Shown here in pieces: positions 14,258 to 26,900 of a stretch of DNA of 64,000 nucleotides. Position numbers and translations under genes: made by a program. Below the pieces are notes generated by a model. It ran no database searches. It saw only the letters and a list, made by a program, of their open reading frames with translations, and was not told the DNA's origin. The stretch's first letter is position 1, and each line of letters starts with the position of its first letter. Source of the stretch: Glycera tridactyla (lineage: Eukaryota); assembly GCA_965644265.1 (NCBI GenBank), contig OZ286470.1:52142001-52206000 (forward strand), in the 5' to 3' direction.

Positions 14258-14633
14258 GTGAGTTTTATGCGACTGCATATGTATATGAACAAATTGATCC
14301 TTATACTATCCCCAGATGCAACTCTTCCTGAAACTTGATTCTGTTCACTTTCACTTAGAAGTGTAACCATAACGTACAATTTCCATGCTGCTCTTCTTCT
14401 CAATCTCTTTCATGGAAAACTCCATGATTAGGAGCTAAATTGGTTCACAAATATGCTGCTCCTCTCCTCCATCTGCTCTTTTGAAACCTCTATAAATAGA
14501 AGTCAACTTGGTTTTTGAAAATTGTTTGTTTCTGTATTCTGTTGCACTCATCATGACAATACGGCTGTGTACCTTCCGTAAGAGTAGTCCGCAGGATGTC
14601 TAATTCGGGTGTGTTTTACACATTATATTCTAG

Positions 14634-14779
14634 GTATATCTCGATGAAGGTTCCAGCAACCCAAGCGTGGCATATGGAACCAGAGTACCGGGTGACTTCT
14701 TTTCTGATAGAGACTTGTGGCTAACGTATGGTCCAGTGACGGCCATCCGCCAGTGGAGATGTGGCCTGTATGTATGCGG
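14634..14779 (+). CDS. Exon 3 of PAN-like/jacalin gene: jacalin N-terminal strands
   Basis: Acceptor TTATATTCTAG| and donor GG|GTATGT, phase 0 in and phase 2 out. Encodes VYLDEGSSNPSVAYGTRVPGDFFSDRDLWLTYGPVTAIRQWRCGLYVC(G), matching the jacalin G...G..FSD.....GP(I/V)TAIR pattern. Confidence 0.85.
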
Positions 14780-15921
14780 GTATGTATACGTGCTGCCTTC
14801 TACATTCTTCATAAACTAATATGAGAAAGGAGCTCAATCGAGATGACATTATAATGAGCAAGTGACCTGAGATATAACCGAAGTTTCTCCATTCCGTTCA
14901 AGGCTGGTCTTGATATCTCAGTTTAATCTCAGATAAGTGGACAGTTTCCTCAGCTTAGTGTTTAAGCAGTCTTTGCTGCATTTCAACCAACTTGTTAAAA
15001 TCACAATCATGTCCAGAAAAAAATCACCAAAAAGCTTGAAATGCTGGTCAGATCTCCAGTATCGGCAGAATTAAATTGAATTGAGCCTTCATCCTGTATT
15101 TGTGCGGAGGACTGAACAACAGCGCCTTTTCAAAGAGAGTCAATGCTTATTTGAGATCATCTCGCCCTATTTACATGATATCCCATGGCTCAACATCGAT
15201 GCATTTCTGAGTTTTAAGTTGGTATGAATGAATTTCAACATTATGACTGTCTTATTCTTCTCTGGTAGGTCGTATTCCCTGGCTGCACGAGTTTTTTTCC
15301 GAGTGTGGTCTCGTAAAGGGGAGAATTCACAGTTTCTTTAGGTGCATCTGTTTTGATATTGATGGCGTGGGGGTTTAGTTTAAGTTGCTACCTATTTTAA
15401 GCGAACAAGCACTGATGAAGTCTTCAGATTCGGTTGGCTAAAAACTCTGGATTATCTCATTGTGTCTGTCACTGATGATCTTCTGATCAGGTCCCAGTGG
15501 TTCGGAATCATTCATGCCATCGTCAAAATTGTATGTTACATATGATCACCCCTACACTATCTATATGACATATGATTGGCTATAGGCGGTACTTCATATA
15601 AGTGAGAGGGGATGGATGCANNNNNNNNNNNNNNNNNNNNNNNNNNNNNNNNNNNNNNNNNNNNNNNNNNNNNNNNNNNNNNNNNNNNNNNNNNNNNNNN
15701 NNNNNNNNNNNNNNNNNNNNNNNNNNNNNNNNNNNNNNNNNNNNNNNNNNNNNNNNNNNNNNNNNNNNNNNNNNNNNNNNNNNCTTCTTCTTCGTCTTAC
15801 TCTTCTTCTCCCGAATTTCTCACTCCCTTAACTACCCATTGTCACAACCCGCCATCTGTTCACAACCTACATGTCTTCGGTCTTGTTTTGACTTGAGGGT
15901 CACCATGCATGCTGTTTGAAG

Positions 15922-16234
15922 GCTTCAAATGCGATATGGTTGTGAATGGAGCCCGATGCATGGGGATTCTACAGGAGATGAGCTATTCGAAACAACATTG
16001 AATGCTGGCGAATACATAACCTCTATTCATCTCCAACATGGTGGCCTACTCGACTGCATCAATGACATTACAACAAATCTGGGCAACGACTTCATTGTTG
16101 GCCATACCACTGTAAGGGGTCACCATGCCACAATTAGCCTTGGGGCTCACTTTGCATTCATATCTGGAGGTATTCGGATGGAATACCCGGTTCATAGGTT
16201 CACTGAATTCAAGGTTCATTTTTCGCAGTTCTGA
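15922..16234 (+). CDS. Terminal exon 4 of PAN-like/jacalin gene: ZG16-like jacalin lectin domain
   Basis: Acceptor TGTTTGAAG| (phase 2). Encodes LQMRYGCEWSPMHGDSTGDELFETTLNAGEYITSIHLQHGGLLDCINDITTNLGNDFIVG...AFISG...VHF*, comparable to ZG16 LQVRYGKVWS...L.PGE.V.....FVT..G...FISG. The four exons total 750 nt, one open frame of 249 aa. Confidence 0.9.
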
Positions 16235-18577
16235 GAGAGTTAATCCTGACTATGTCGATGGTGTGGCAAATGTCGAGACACGCAAGCTGATGCATGCATA
16301 ATGGCATTTCTCAAATATCCAGCTATGGGTCATAGTTATATCAGTGCCCATGATTCAATGACCATCTTGGGTGACTAAAATGCGTAACTGTGACATCAAA
16401 TCAAGATATGAAATATTGTATTCACACTTGATATAGCCTATCTGATAATCAGCAGTTGCGTCTTGGATTGTCATCATACCGGCATAGAAATGAGACGTTT
16501 CGGAATAATACTTTTGTCAGCTGACCTATGTTTTTAACCGTATCTCAGACATTGATTACTTTAATTGCACCACCCACCATGATTTCAGTCTGCATGAATT
16601 TTACTAGTGGATGATCCTACTCGTACACTTTTGCTAAGTTATCCTATCAGCTCTTTCAAGAATAATGAATGGCGAGCTTGCCTTTGTTGAATAGCGCATG
16701 TAGAGAGGCGAGGCTCTTCTCCCATAACTTCGCTGTGTGAAGATTACTGTCAGGAGACATTAGACTAGATAACTCGATTACTACACCACGTTTCTTTTGT
16801 CGCTTTCAACTGGTAATGAATGCACCAAACCTCCACGAAAAGTCAACGAGAAATTCGATATCATATTCAAAAAGTCACGCTACAATGATTGATGACTGAC
16901 GGGTATGGAATATTAACGCAGCCATTGGTCAATATTCTGCTGAAGGTGCATTTCACAAGTGCATGCGTCACTCTATCGACAACAGACGACACAACAACTG
17001 GCTACCTTGGGGGCATATTATTTGCTCACTCCGATTAGCGTGCTATCTACTGTGAAGTCCATTGGAAATCACATTTTGAGGCCAGGAAACAGGCAAAATA
17101 GCATTAAGAAAATCATTCACATGCGTTTGTTTCGAATCAATGACTCAATTATTTGTAGAGGAAATGAAAACACTACAGTGGAAAATGTTCTACACTACTC
17201 CCTGTTGTACTCCATGATTAGTCCGTCCGACACCTATTGAGTATGTCAACCTATTTTTACATTATTATACTTCAATTCATAGTCAACCCAGCAAGGTCAG
17301 CCTGATGTAAAAACTGACCGGATCATCCTCTCAAGACACCTTTATGCATTCAACTTTTGTGTTGTGTGTACATATGCAATCTGAGTGGAGGTAAAATGTA
17401 TCCTGTATACTTTCCATGTTTATCTAAAATAAAGCATTCTTATTCGCATTCTTATTCTTAAATCATCTCTTCAACCCATGTGGGAATACGTGAGAGAGTC
17501 AGAAACACACATTGCCAGGAAAAGTGTACGAATAATAATTAGTCCATGAAATACAGTTCACACTGACCTTGGAAGGAAGGAATGTGGATTTAAAATCATC
17601 CCTATGGGTCACAATAGCGACAGATGGTTCTTTCACATGATTGAATGTATAGTCAACAACATACATGATAAGGCAAATATCTCGGGATGAATCTCAAAAT
17701 GGTTGACGATATGCATCAGACATGAGACATATATGGCAATGAGTGATCTAGGACATATATGATGATCACGATTACAATATCGATCATGAACCCAATGCTC
17801 GCTGTCTGCAGTGTCTTCTCGAAAGAACTAGAAGTCGATACAATTTGCGATTATGATTATGAAAACATCACTGTTTGCCTGACACATGTGTATTTGAATA
17901 GACGGTTCCACTGGAAAGGTCATGCGAATTTATCAGCCAGATTGCTAATCTCACCTGCTCCTGAATTGTAATATTGTGTGTGATTGAGGTGTAGCTGATA
18001 TGGACGAAGTCAAGATGGCTATTCAAGTTTAAACATAAGGAAACTGTGAGTAGGTCCCTATTACCATCATCGAACCACTGTCAAGAACAGATCCTACAGC
18101 ATTGATATTCTGCTACCCTATCCAGGCCATACTCCACTGACCTTCGAAGGGTCTTTTCTCCCAAAAAAGTGAATGTTAAATGTTTGCAGCTGATTCATCT
18201 CCATAGAGGTGCGACTTGTTGTCCTAGAATTGGTTACATCACTACTGTTTCTTCTGTAAAGTGATTCTTCAAGAAGTCCGATTAGGTCCCTGAACATTTA
18301 GATCTGTCTGTACCATTTCTCCCTCAAATTTAGCATTCCCCGGGCCCAAGGGCCTACGTACGAACATTATAACAACTTTTTAGACTGATAGCCTTCCCAT
18401 GCAGAAGGGAGCCGCTAGATGGGTCCCTAGTATCCCCGATGTTGACAACGCCTCACTCCCGCTGTTGCTCTGTGTATTTTTCAATGAGAATCGTTGTATC
18501 TCACATAATCCTTGTGAGATGATCCCAATTTTTTTAATTTTTTTTTTCCAGCAGGGACGGAGGGGAGGGTCTATCCA

Positions 18578-18668
18578 TTTGAGGGAGAAATTGTAAGTAC
18601 AGATCCCCAGGTTAAGTAATAAACCTGGGGGGAATCTGTCTGTACCATTTCACCCTCATATTCAGCAT
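18578..18668. repeat. DIRS internal complementary region (ICR) containing the CCCCAGGTT-AAGTAAT-AAACCTGGGG hairpin
   Basis: Lies just downstream of the YR stop. The first half repeats 21474-21526 and the second half repeats 18302-18336. Confidence 0.85.
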
Positions 18669-18820
18669 GGATATAACACGGATGGAGGGTGTAAATAGAA
18701 AAAACCCATGGAACTCCTTGTCCCTTGGGTATAATTACCTTTGTACCAAGGTACTAAAAACTAACATCCCAAGTATTCAAAGAGCCATCTATTGATATGT
18801 ACAACATGGATCAACCATTT

Positions 18821-19742
18821 CTAATTATGTTGATCAACCACAGATTGAGCCACTACTATCGGCCCCAAAGAATATGAACTCTGGGCTCGGCCACACATAT
18901 GGCGTTGATAATAAGTCGTGAAGGTGTTTCCCAACTTCCAAAATGCCGCCTGCATCAGTTCTTCCACAGAGCATGACTGATTGAATGATTTCCAGGAAGA
19001 AGAGATAGCTCTCACTTCGTGAGCTGATACCGACAACGGAAGCTCGTGTAATCTGTCCTCCAACTCATACGCCAACTTGACCAGCTGTTGAATCCAAGCA
19101 GATATTTTATCAACCCTTATCTCACTAATGGTTCCCCTGCTGGGAGGCACAAACAATCTAGCAGCACGGAAACCAGACACTCGATCTAAATATATACACA
19201 GCGCCCTCACAGGGCAAAGAAGAACTTCTGTGGACGACTGGTTCTCTGGATTCAATGCTGGAATAATAACCTCTGCACTCTTATTTGATGGCTTTCGATT
19301 CTTTGCCAAAAATCCTGGCACTGAAAGCAGCCTAACACTAGACTTGTCAGCTGTGAATTGTACAGCTTCTGGAGCTCCAGAGAAAGCGTGTATCTTGCTA
19401 CGGAGTCTGCCCCGAGGCCAGTGTTACAAGAAATACTGCTTTCCTTGTCAAATTCAAGATTCCACAAGATTCTAAAGGTTCAAAATTGGTTCCCTTCAGA
19501 TATTTGAGAATAACTGTAAGATTCCATTGTGGAATTGCTCTCTGTAACATTGGTCTCTCAAGCTCGTGGTTTTTCTGAAGTGATTTCAAGTCTCTACTAT
19601 TCAAAACTAAGCATAAAGTATGGACAAAAACTGATTGTAGAGCGTTCCTATAGCCTCTCACTGTGGCAGGTTGTAAACCAGATTCAAATGATTCTATGAA
19701 GAATTTCGCCCTTTCTGGCGCAAGGGGATTCTCTGGATCCAC
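18821..19742 (-). pseudogene. DIRS tyrosine recombinase (two ORF pieces, 19398-19742 and 18821-19321)
   Basis: Core-binding segment GLQPATVRGYRNAL and FLVTLASG(R), followed by the catalytic H-x-x-R motif (HEVR) and the Tyr nucleophile (TTYY). Confidence 0.9.
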
Positions 19743-19838
19743 CTTTTGTTTTCTGCACCAGGAAAACCATCTCTTCCATCTACTATCGTAGATGGAAGCA
19801 GAAGAGGCTCTGATGGACTGAGCGATCCGCTCGACCGC

Positions 19839-21067
19839 CTATGTCGAATGACCTTGGTGTGAGAGAGCTCCTCGGACAAACACCAAGCGGTCATCCCCAG
19901 TAATTGAGGACTGTAGTGGTACACTCTCCACCTCCCTACTATCTGAGTCAATGGATCCTGAGATACTGGCAACTCTAGTATGGTCTATAGGTAGTTCTAG
20001 TAGGTCCGGGAACCACGACTGATTTGGCCACCACGGGGCAACGCAAATCAGTGTGATTCCCAGACCTCTCAACTTGTTTATGACCTCCTTCAGCATTGCT
20101 GTTGGAGGGTATACATAAGAAACCCCGAAATTCTTCCACTCCGCAGCAACTGCATCCGACCCCCAAGCTCTCGGATCGGGGTACAGGCAAATGAAATTGG
20201 GAAGTTTGGAATTTGACAAAGTCGCCATCATATCGATTGTAGGGGAGAGATTGAATTTCATCACTATCTGATTGAATATTTCTGTGTCTAACTCCCATTC
20301 TGTTTGAATAGGTTTTCCCCTCGAAAGAGCATCAGCTATCACGTTCCTCTTCCCAGGAATGTGACGTACTTGAATTGAAAGATTCAAGTTTTCCGCTAAC
20401 ATGAAGTTTGACCATGCTAGTCCGCATAGAAGTGATGAGTGGTTGCCTCCCTGCTTGGTCAGGTAGGATACAGTTGTGGTGTTGTTTGATAAGACCATAA
20501 TCACTTGATTGGGAAGAAAGATCGAGAACTCTCGAAGAGCATGCAACACTGTTTCCAATTCCAGTGTATTGATCGATCTTCCCGACTGTGTCTTTGGCCA
20601 TTTTCCTGCACACGATCTCAGACTGTCTCCTATCACCATAAAGCTCCCCAACCAAGCAGAGAGGCATCCTTCATAATAGTGACAGTCACCTGAGGAGTTC
20701 TCAGAGGAATTCTTCTCTGTATATTGGTCTCCTGCTGCCACCATATCAAGCTGTCCAGAATAATCTTTGGAAGAGTTAGGAACATCTCCAGGGAGTCTGA
20801 AAACGTTTTCCATCTTCTTTCGAAATGGCGAACCGCAGATACTTCTGATAACTTCGATGAATTGGTATATGAAAATTCGCATCTTTTAGGTCGATGGAGA
20901 CCGTCCAGTCGTTTAAAATTACTGATTTGACCACATACATGGCGGTCTCCATCTTGAATTTGTTGTTGTGGAGGCATAAATTCAATGGTCTTAAATTGAT
21001 GACTGGATGAAAGCCTCCCGATGACTTGGCGACCAGGAACAGTTTGCAATAAAAACCCGGCTCGAGC
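19839..21067 (-). pseudogene. DIRS pol: partial RT, RNase H and N6-adenine methyltransferase-like domain
   Basis: ORFs 20776-21129 and 19839-20882 carry the motifs listed for the element. The RT YxDD region is not visible (deleted), and no gag ORF lies between the 5' ITR and RT. Confidence 0.9.
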
Positions 21068-23460
21068 ATGTAGCCCAACGCGCCGCCAACAGGAGCGTGC
21101 ACTCCCGTGCCCCCTTCAACAACTTTCAATCCGGGATATGTACAGGCAATTTTGTTCGTATTCTATCCACCATACGATATCCAAGATAAAGTGAATGATT
21201 CGTTATATCAACGATACTATATCCTAGACAATCACGAAACGCGGAAAGTCGCAGACAATGTGAAAAGCGATTTTCACGGAGCCCGGGTATTTCTCAACCG
21301 TATCCAACGACGCAAAGTTGAAAAATACACAGAGCAATAGCGGGAGTGAGGTGTTGTCAACGCCAGGAGTACTAGGGACCCATCTAGCGGCTCCCTTTTG
21401 CACGGGAGGCCTATCAGTCTAAAAAGTTGTTATAATGTTCGTATGCAGGCTCTTCGACCCGGGGAATGCTAAATTTGAGGGAGAAATGGTAAGTACAGAT
21501 CTCCAGGTTAAGTAATAAACCTGGGGAAGGGGGATCGGGGAGCTAATGAACACGCTCATCGCTATGTTGGAGAAGAAGGCTTCAGTGATAGTTGTAGTGG
21601 CGCGATGCTGACAGATCAGCCCGTCGACATCCATGCCGTGTAGGACCAAGCTATATGCTATGCAACAATGTCTACCATGAATACCCACCCATCCAACAAT
21701 CGGTCATGAATATTTGATACACTTCATGAGTCGTTATCAATGTATATTTCATGGATAATGTGCATTGACTGTCATTGCACTGATGTAGCCGATAGAGATG
21801 AAAACGCAATCAGGCACGCTAGATTGACATCAGGAACCATCAACGTAATGTCCCTGTTGAGATACATTGCACATGCTATCCCTGCATGATGACTCCGCCT
21901 ATTTCTCCCATCCAGTGCTTATGGCAGGCGTGTCATACGTATCAGTGGTTCTCACCAACACTCATGACAAAGATTCAAGAAATAGATCAAGCTAGTGTAA
22001 TCCTTCCAATATGACAATGGAATAAATCAGTCATCCGACAGGCTTGTAGGAGTATTCCCTCCTCTTCCTTAAGATGCAACCTTGGCAAGAAGTTTATATC
22101 TGATTAAATCCCCATTATCAAGAACAGCAGGAAGCAATGTTTTAGACAAACCGGGCTTTTGTCCCATTTATCCCAATATCAAAATAAATGGCATTGCTCC
22201 TGTGGATCGATGTTCACAAAAATATACGTTGTACTAAGAGATGTTATAAGCGTGATCAGCATTACATGTTGAATCTCATTGTTTGCCAAGCTCTAATGAA
22301 ATCATAAATCTATAAAGTCATCTCAATTCTCACACAGGGAACTCAAATGTTGGTTCAAAAGTATAAGAGACACATAAATAGAGTTGTAGATACATATTTC
22401 AATTTGTATATGGTTCACATAATATAATGTAAATGACAGATCATAAATTGAACGAGACAATATTGAATATCACAGTATCCGATTGACAAAAAGTCAGTTA
22501 TACTCATAATTCAATAAATAAATTCAATTTGAATATTCAGATCTGAACCAGATAACACGTATGACAAGTATGGAAGAATTCATAATACATAAATACCAGT
22601 GAATATCAGAATAATACAACTCATGATATACAAGTACACAGGCTATTCATGATTGACCGACAATGTGAGGTACCTCATTGCATAACACAATTAAAACCCC
22701 CAAAGAGTCTGGTGTTTGAGCTCAAACCTTACTGAATGTGATATCTATCTCTCTTGCTCCAACGTTGACTTGATCGCTTGTCGAGTGGCCACTGTAGCTA
22801 GCTGGAAATAAAACAAAGTCAAAGACACTGTGTCTGGATAGTTAGTGCACACTTGGTGTATAACTTGAAAGTTTGGGTTAAAGACCCACGATGAAGAATC
22901 GACTTTAAAAGTTAATATAATGGTGGCCACCTAGTTGCACATGTGAAGACGAACCGTTGATATATATTCCATGTTCAGCTAGTATATGATAGCAGCAAAA
23001 ATACTAGAACGCGTATCGTAGATGGAAGAAGGAGTATAGAGGAGTTTTCATTCCTCTTGAGAAACGTATCCTATCTCATATTGAAGTACGATCGAATCTC
23101 ACCGTATGAAGTGACTATTTCCCACACATCTCATATGAGAATAGTGTGTCAAACACACTATAGATACAGCTGGCGGAATATAGGCATATCTGCCTACAAC
23201 AGCTGTTTTCCGTATGCCAGGATGGCGACGTGGTAATGAAGTGGCCTGAAGAGTACGCACCTCTCCAGTTACGACATCTCAGACGTGCTGGTCGCTGCAA
23301 GAAGATAAAAAAAGTCTCCTACCAACTATCCAAGTATCATAAAGAAAAGTTTTGATTCACAAAGTATCTGTGAACAACTCTAAGTTTTTAATTTGTTTGT
23401 TGCGTGCACTTAGTTACTTGCAGTTGCCAGATCTATTATAGTGGGAAGGCAGGATCCCAC

Positions 23461-23466
23461 TTTATT
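23461..23466 (-). terminator. Candidate LTR poly(A) signal AATAAA
   Basis: TTTATT on +, ~450 nt downstream of the inferred TSS, next to a GTGGGA...TCCCAC stem. Confidence 0.35.
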
Positions 23467-23914
23467 CCCCACTAACTAAATAGCATAAGAATTTAAACTA
23501 CAAGTTACCATTGATCAAGTTACTAGAAATATTTCAACATTCAGTTGAAGAGATTGTCAAAAGACAATCAGCAAGTATCACCGTTGAAAAGAAATCTCAA
23601 TGCACTTAAGCCATTATCAACGGAGCAGGCACTGAGCCAACTAAGTTAATCAATCAATGAACAAGGCATCAAAATATCATCAGCTGTATCAGAGAGAGCT
23701 AAGTTCACGGGGAATGAACTAGAAAGGTGAACACACCAAGTCCTCTCTCAGTCAGCTGGGATCATGATGTAGCAGCAATACAGCGAAAAAGTTGAAGTCC
23801 AACTGTCTGCATGAAAAGAGCAAGCACGCTTTTCAAAATCAAAAATAGTCAAGTTCTCATCAAATCAAATTCAAAAATTTGAATAAATTCTAAGTTAAGA
23901 ATTCAAAATAGAGA

Positions 23915-23946
23915 AACTGATCTACTCAGAACAGGTGGTCTTTATA
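23915..23946 (-). promoter_or_regulatory. LTR core promoter: TATAAA box and TCAGTT initiator
   Basis: The minus strand reads TATAAA-GACCACCTGTTCTGAGTAGA-TCAGTT. The TATA box starts 28 nt upstream of the Inr adenine (23918). This implies U3 of ~3.2 kb and R+U5 of ~1.9 kb. Confidence 0.6.
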
Positions 23947-26900
23947 GACAGAGTCAGATGAAGATACCACTCACCGAAGCAAGGGGCAAGATCTGAAATC
24001 AACACAAGTTCCCCCTCCCAGTCAATGTGAGTATGACCTACCTAACATAGACCGGAACGCACTAAGTCACAGCTGCAGTAGCAGCGGGGTCTAAGTTCCG
24101 ATCTACCAAGTCCGTGCTAAGTTCGAATTCTAAAATTCACCAAATCCAAATTTCAACTCATTTCAAGCCATTTGGTAATGCCTAAAGTCGAAATAAGTCA
24201 TGTAATTCAAGAAATATAAGAGCGAAATGCATTTACATGCAGTCCCATATGTCACAAACCTCAAACACAAATGTGCTTACAGGGTAAGACCATGAGTAAG
24301 TCCGGTAAGCACCGTGCTAAGTTTTAGTCAACGCGCTAAGTTCGCGCTGTCAAATCACAAATAGCGATAAAGCCAGCACACTGAAGTTCTACAAAAGCAA
24401 TCCGCACATAACGAGAAATAATTCCGATCAATTATAAAGCATCTATAAGCTTTTATCTAAAGTAAAAAAGTTTCAAACTTGTTGAAAAGTGTAAAGTGGA
24501 TCGGAAGCTCAAAGTGAGGCTCATACATGTGGCGGATGGAAATCCAAAATGGCGGATTGTTTACATCTGACCGATCAGTCAGAAACAGTTGTTCATTCCA
24601 GAACGCTCAGAAAGTATCTCGGAGCTCAAATGACAGCGCATAGCAGCTTATTCATTACGGGAGCTAAACAATTACAAATACAGCAGTTTGAAGGTCTAAA
24701 ATCAATCCAAAAGAATTTTCCTTCGAAAATACAGCCCAACGTGATGTCGCAGATCAAAAATCTCAAAGTGGTCACATGTGACAGGTTGGTCTCAATACGG
24801 AGGTTTCCTAGAAAAAGTAGGTCACGGGACTTAGGGACATTACACAAGACTAAGCAAGCCTAGGACGGGTCTGTGCTTAGGATACACGGCGCTCAGGACA
24901 GAAATCAAGCCTATCAGAGTGGACCTTCTCCGAAAAAGTCTAAATTCAGGCTGAGCACATGAATCACAAGCAGGCACTACGTGTAAACAAACAAGCCTCC
25001 GTTTGTCGTCTCCCCTACTTGTCTATTACAAGTACGAGCACCAAAAACACTCCAACGGATCTTCAATTGACAGATACGACAGTTGTGGTCATGGAAATTG
25101 AAATACCATCAAGCTAGCATTTGATCGTTTACAAACAAGCTTTTGCAAGCCGAAATAGATTCAGAAAACTGAAATTGAAGCGTATTTGATAGGTCGATTA
25201 ATCGATTAATCGATCGGTTAACCGTCAAAGAATTCCAGATTTTCACACCATATGAACGACGTTAGATTATTACCTTCTCAAAAACGAGCCGTTTCAATGA
25301 AAATACGATTTTCCATAAACAATTTCACTCGAAAAAGGAAAGGTTGACTGGATCTCTATTCATATGATCAGGGAAGCTAAAGAAAACAGATCAGCTGTGT
25401 GTGCTATTTACGAAACCAGCAGCAAAGTTCACCTCAGCGGTGACCAGGTTAGTGCACATGACAGCGAGCTGCCATTGTCATACCGAGATAGGCATGTTCA
25501 TTTCAACTCAGTCCACATGGACTGGTAGAGTAGCCGGGTCTATAAACACACAGATTCAGAGAGAAAAGACACAGTCGTCTCTGCTGATATTTCAACTGAA
25601 AATGATCTTACAGAAATATTCCTTTCACACAATTATTCCTATTGGGAAATCCCGTGAATATAATTGAATTTTGAATGATTCAACCATCTAATTCACACAG
25701 AAATCCGATATATTACTTAAATGATCAAAATCTGATTCGTAGGAGCTATATCGAGACGTGTTAACAGTTCATACACACAGCTTCTCTCACCTGGAGGATT
25801 CAGTGAGTCCAAGCTTTAAATACAATTTTACAAATTCCTGCATAGCCCTGTTCCACCCATACTGGCGTACTGGACCGGGAACAATACTGGAGGAACACGG
25901 CCTAGTTCCAAGCAGTTCCACTTGTTCCAAATTCACCGGAACAGCACAGGGAATTAACAGAAACAGATAGAACTACCAATATCCACGAGAATTATCAGCT
26001 AGTCGTTTGGATCAGGACGGCATTTATGGAACAAAATCCTATCATCCAAAATGATCCAAAAACATCCAAAACATGCAAAATTTAGATTTTGACCACGTAT
26101 GCTCGAAAGACGGTACATTCAATACAAAACACGGAAGATCCGATGACATGAAATGGCATAATACTAAAAATGGCCATTGGGGAAAATATAGATATTGACT
26201 CCTAACAAAGCCTCCTAAAAGGATCCTAAAACAGTTCTAAATCTCATAAACACTCGCTAGATGTTGTAGAGCTCAGAACGGTGTATCGGAGTCCATCATA
26301 TTAGTCCAAGGCAGCGATCTTGGAGAAGCAAGATGTTCTCTGCTCCCGACTCCGTCAGCTCCGGTGCGTACTCTTCAGGACAGAATTTCCAAGTGCCAGA
26401 ATTCCTGTCTGGAACACTTTTATGTAACCGTCCTGAAGAGCCAGCAAAGAGCGGGAAAAAGGAGCGGGAAGAGCGATGTCAAGCTCCCCAAGTCAGCTAC
26501 CTCGAATGTATTCACTCGAGACTTTTCTAGATCAATTTCAGAAGATTTACTGAGAAACCATGTACATTCCACGTACATTTCAAATCACTTTCCTCCTGCG
26601 CGACTCCGAGCTCCTCCTGCTCAGGGAGTCGTTCACTATACTGTGTGATCAACGTTGTTGGCAAAAAACCGTCCGATAAACGGCCTATACCTCGGACTAA
26701 CAATTTTGCCTCAAAAGATACATTTCCCATCTTCGGGATATCTTTAGCCCTACTACAGATACGTATCATGTGAAAATATGGCCTTCCTACGTCCATTATT
26801 CATGGAGATATCGCATTTTCACTGTTTCACCCTAGAAACACTGCAAGCTGGGCACCCACCGAGAACGGCGAGTCTACCGCGTGTAACTCGAACTCTAGTT

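Larger units (their letters stand above)
18301..21526 (-). mobile_element. DIRS1-like tyrosine-recombinase retrotransposon, gag-deleted and frameshifted (RT, RNase H, Dam-like methyltransferase, YR)
   Basis: 184-bp inverted terminal repeats at 18301-18484 and 21318-21501, ICR at 18578-18668. RT: PGFYCKLFLVAK..GGFHPVINL...SIDLKDA. RNase H: INTLELETV...NNTTTVSY...HIPGKRNVIADALSR. MTase: PTIDMMAT..N.KL..F...WKNFGVSYVYPP. YR: LCPVRAL...AHEVRA...FTTYY. Confidence 0.95.

Noticed and set aside
15490-15610. Extra small exons for the jacalin gene just before the masked block
   Set aside because: They contain stops or have the wrong phase; exon 14634-14779 already joins exon 4 in frame.
1-22927. Polinton/Maverick or other large TIR transposon defined by the ~930-bp inverted repeat
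   Set aside because: There are no pPolB, integrase, ATPase or capsid ORFs inside. The arms point the wrong way (the shared TG..CA terminus faces inward), and the right arm is part of a separate 5.15-kb unit with its own TSD.
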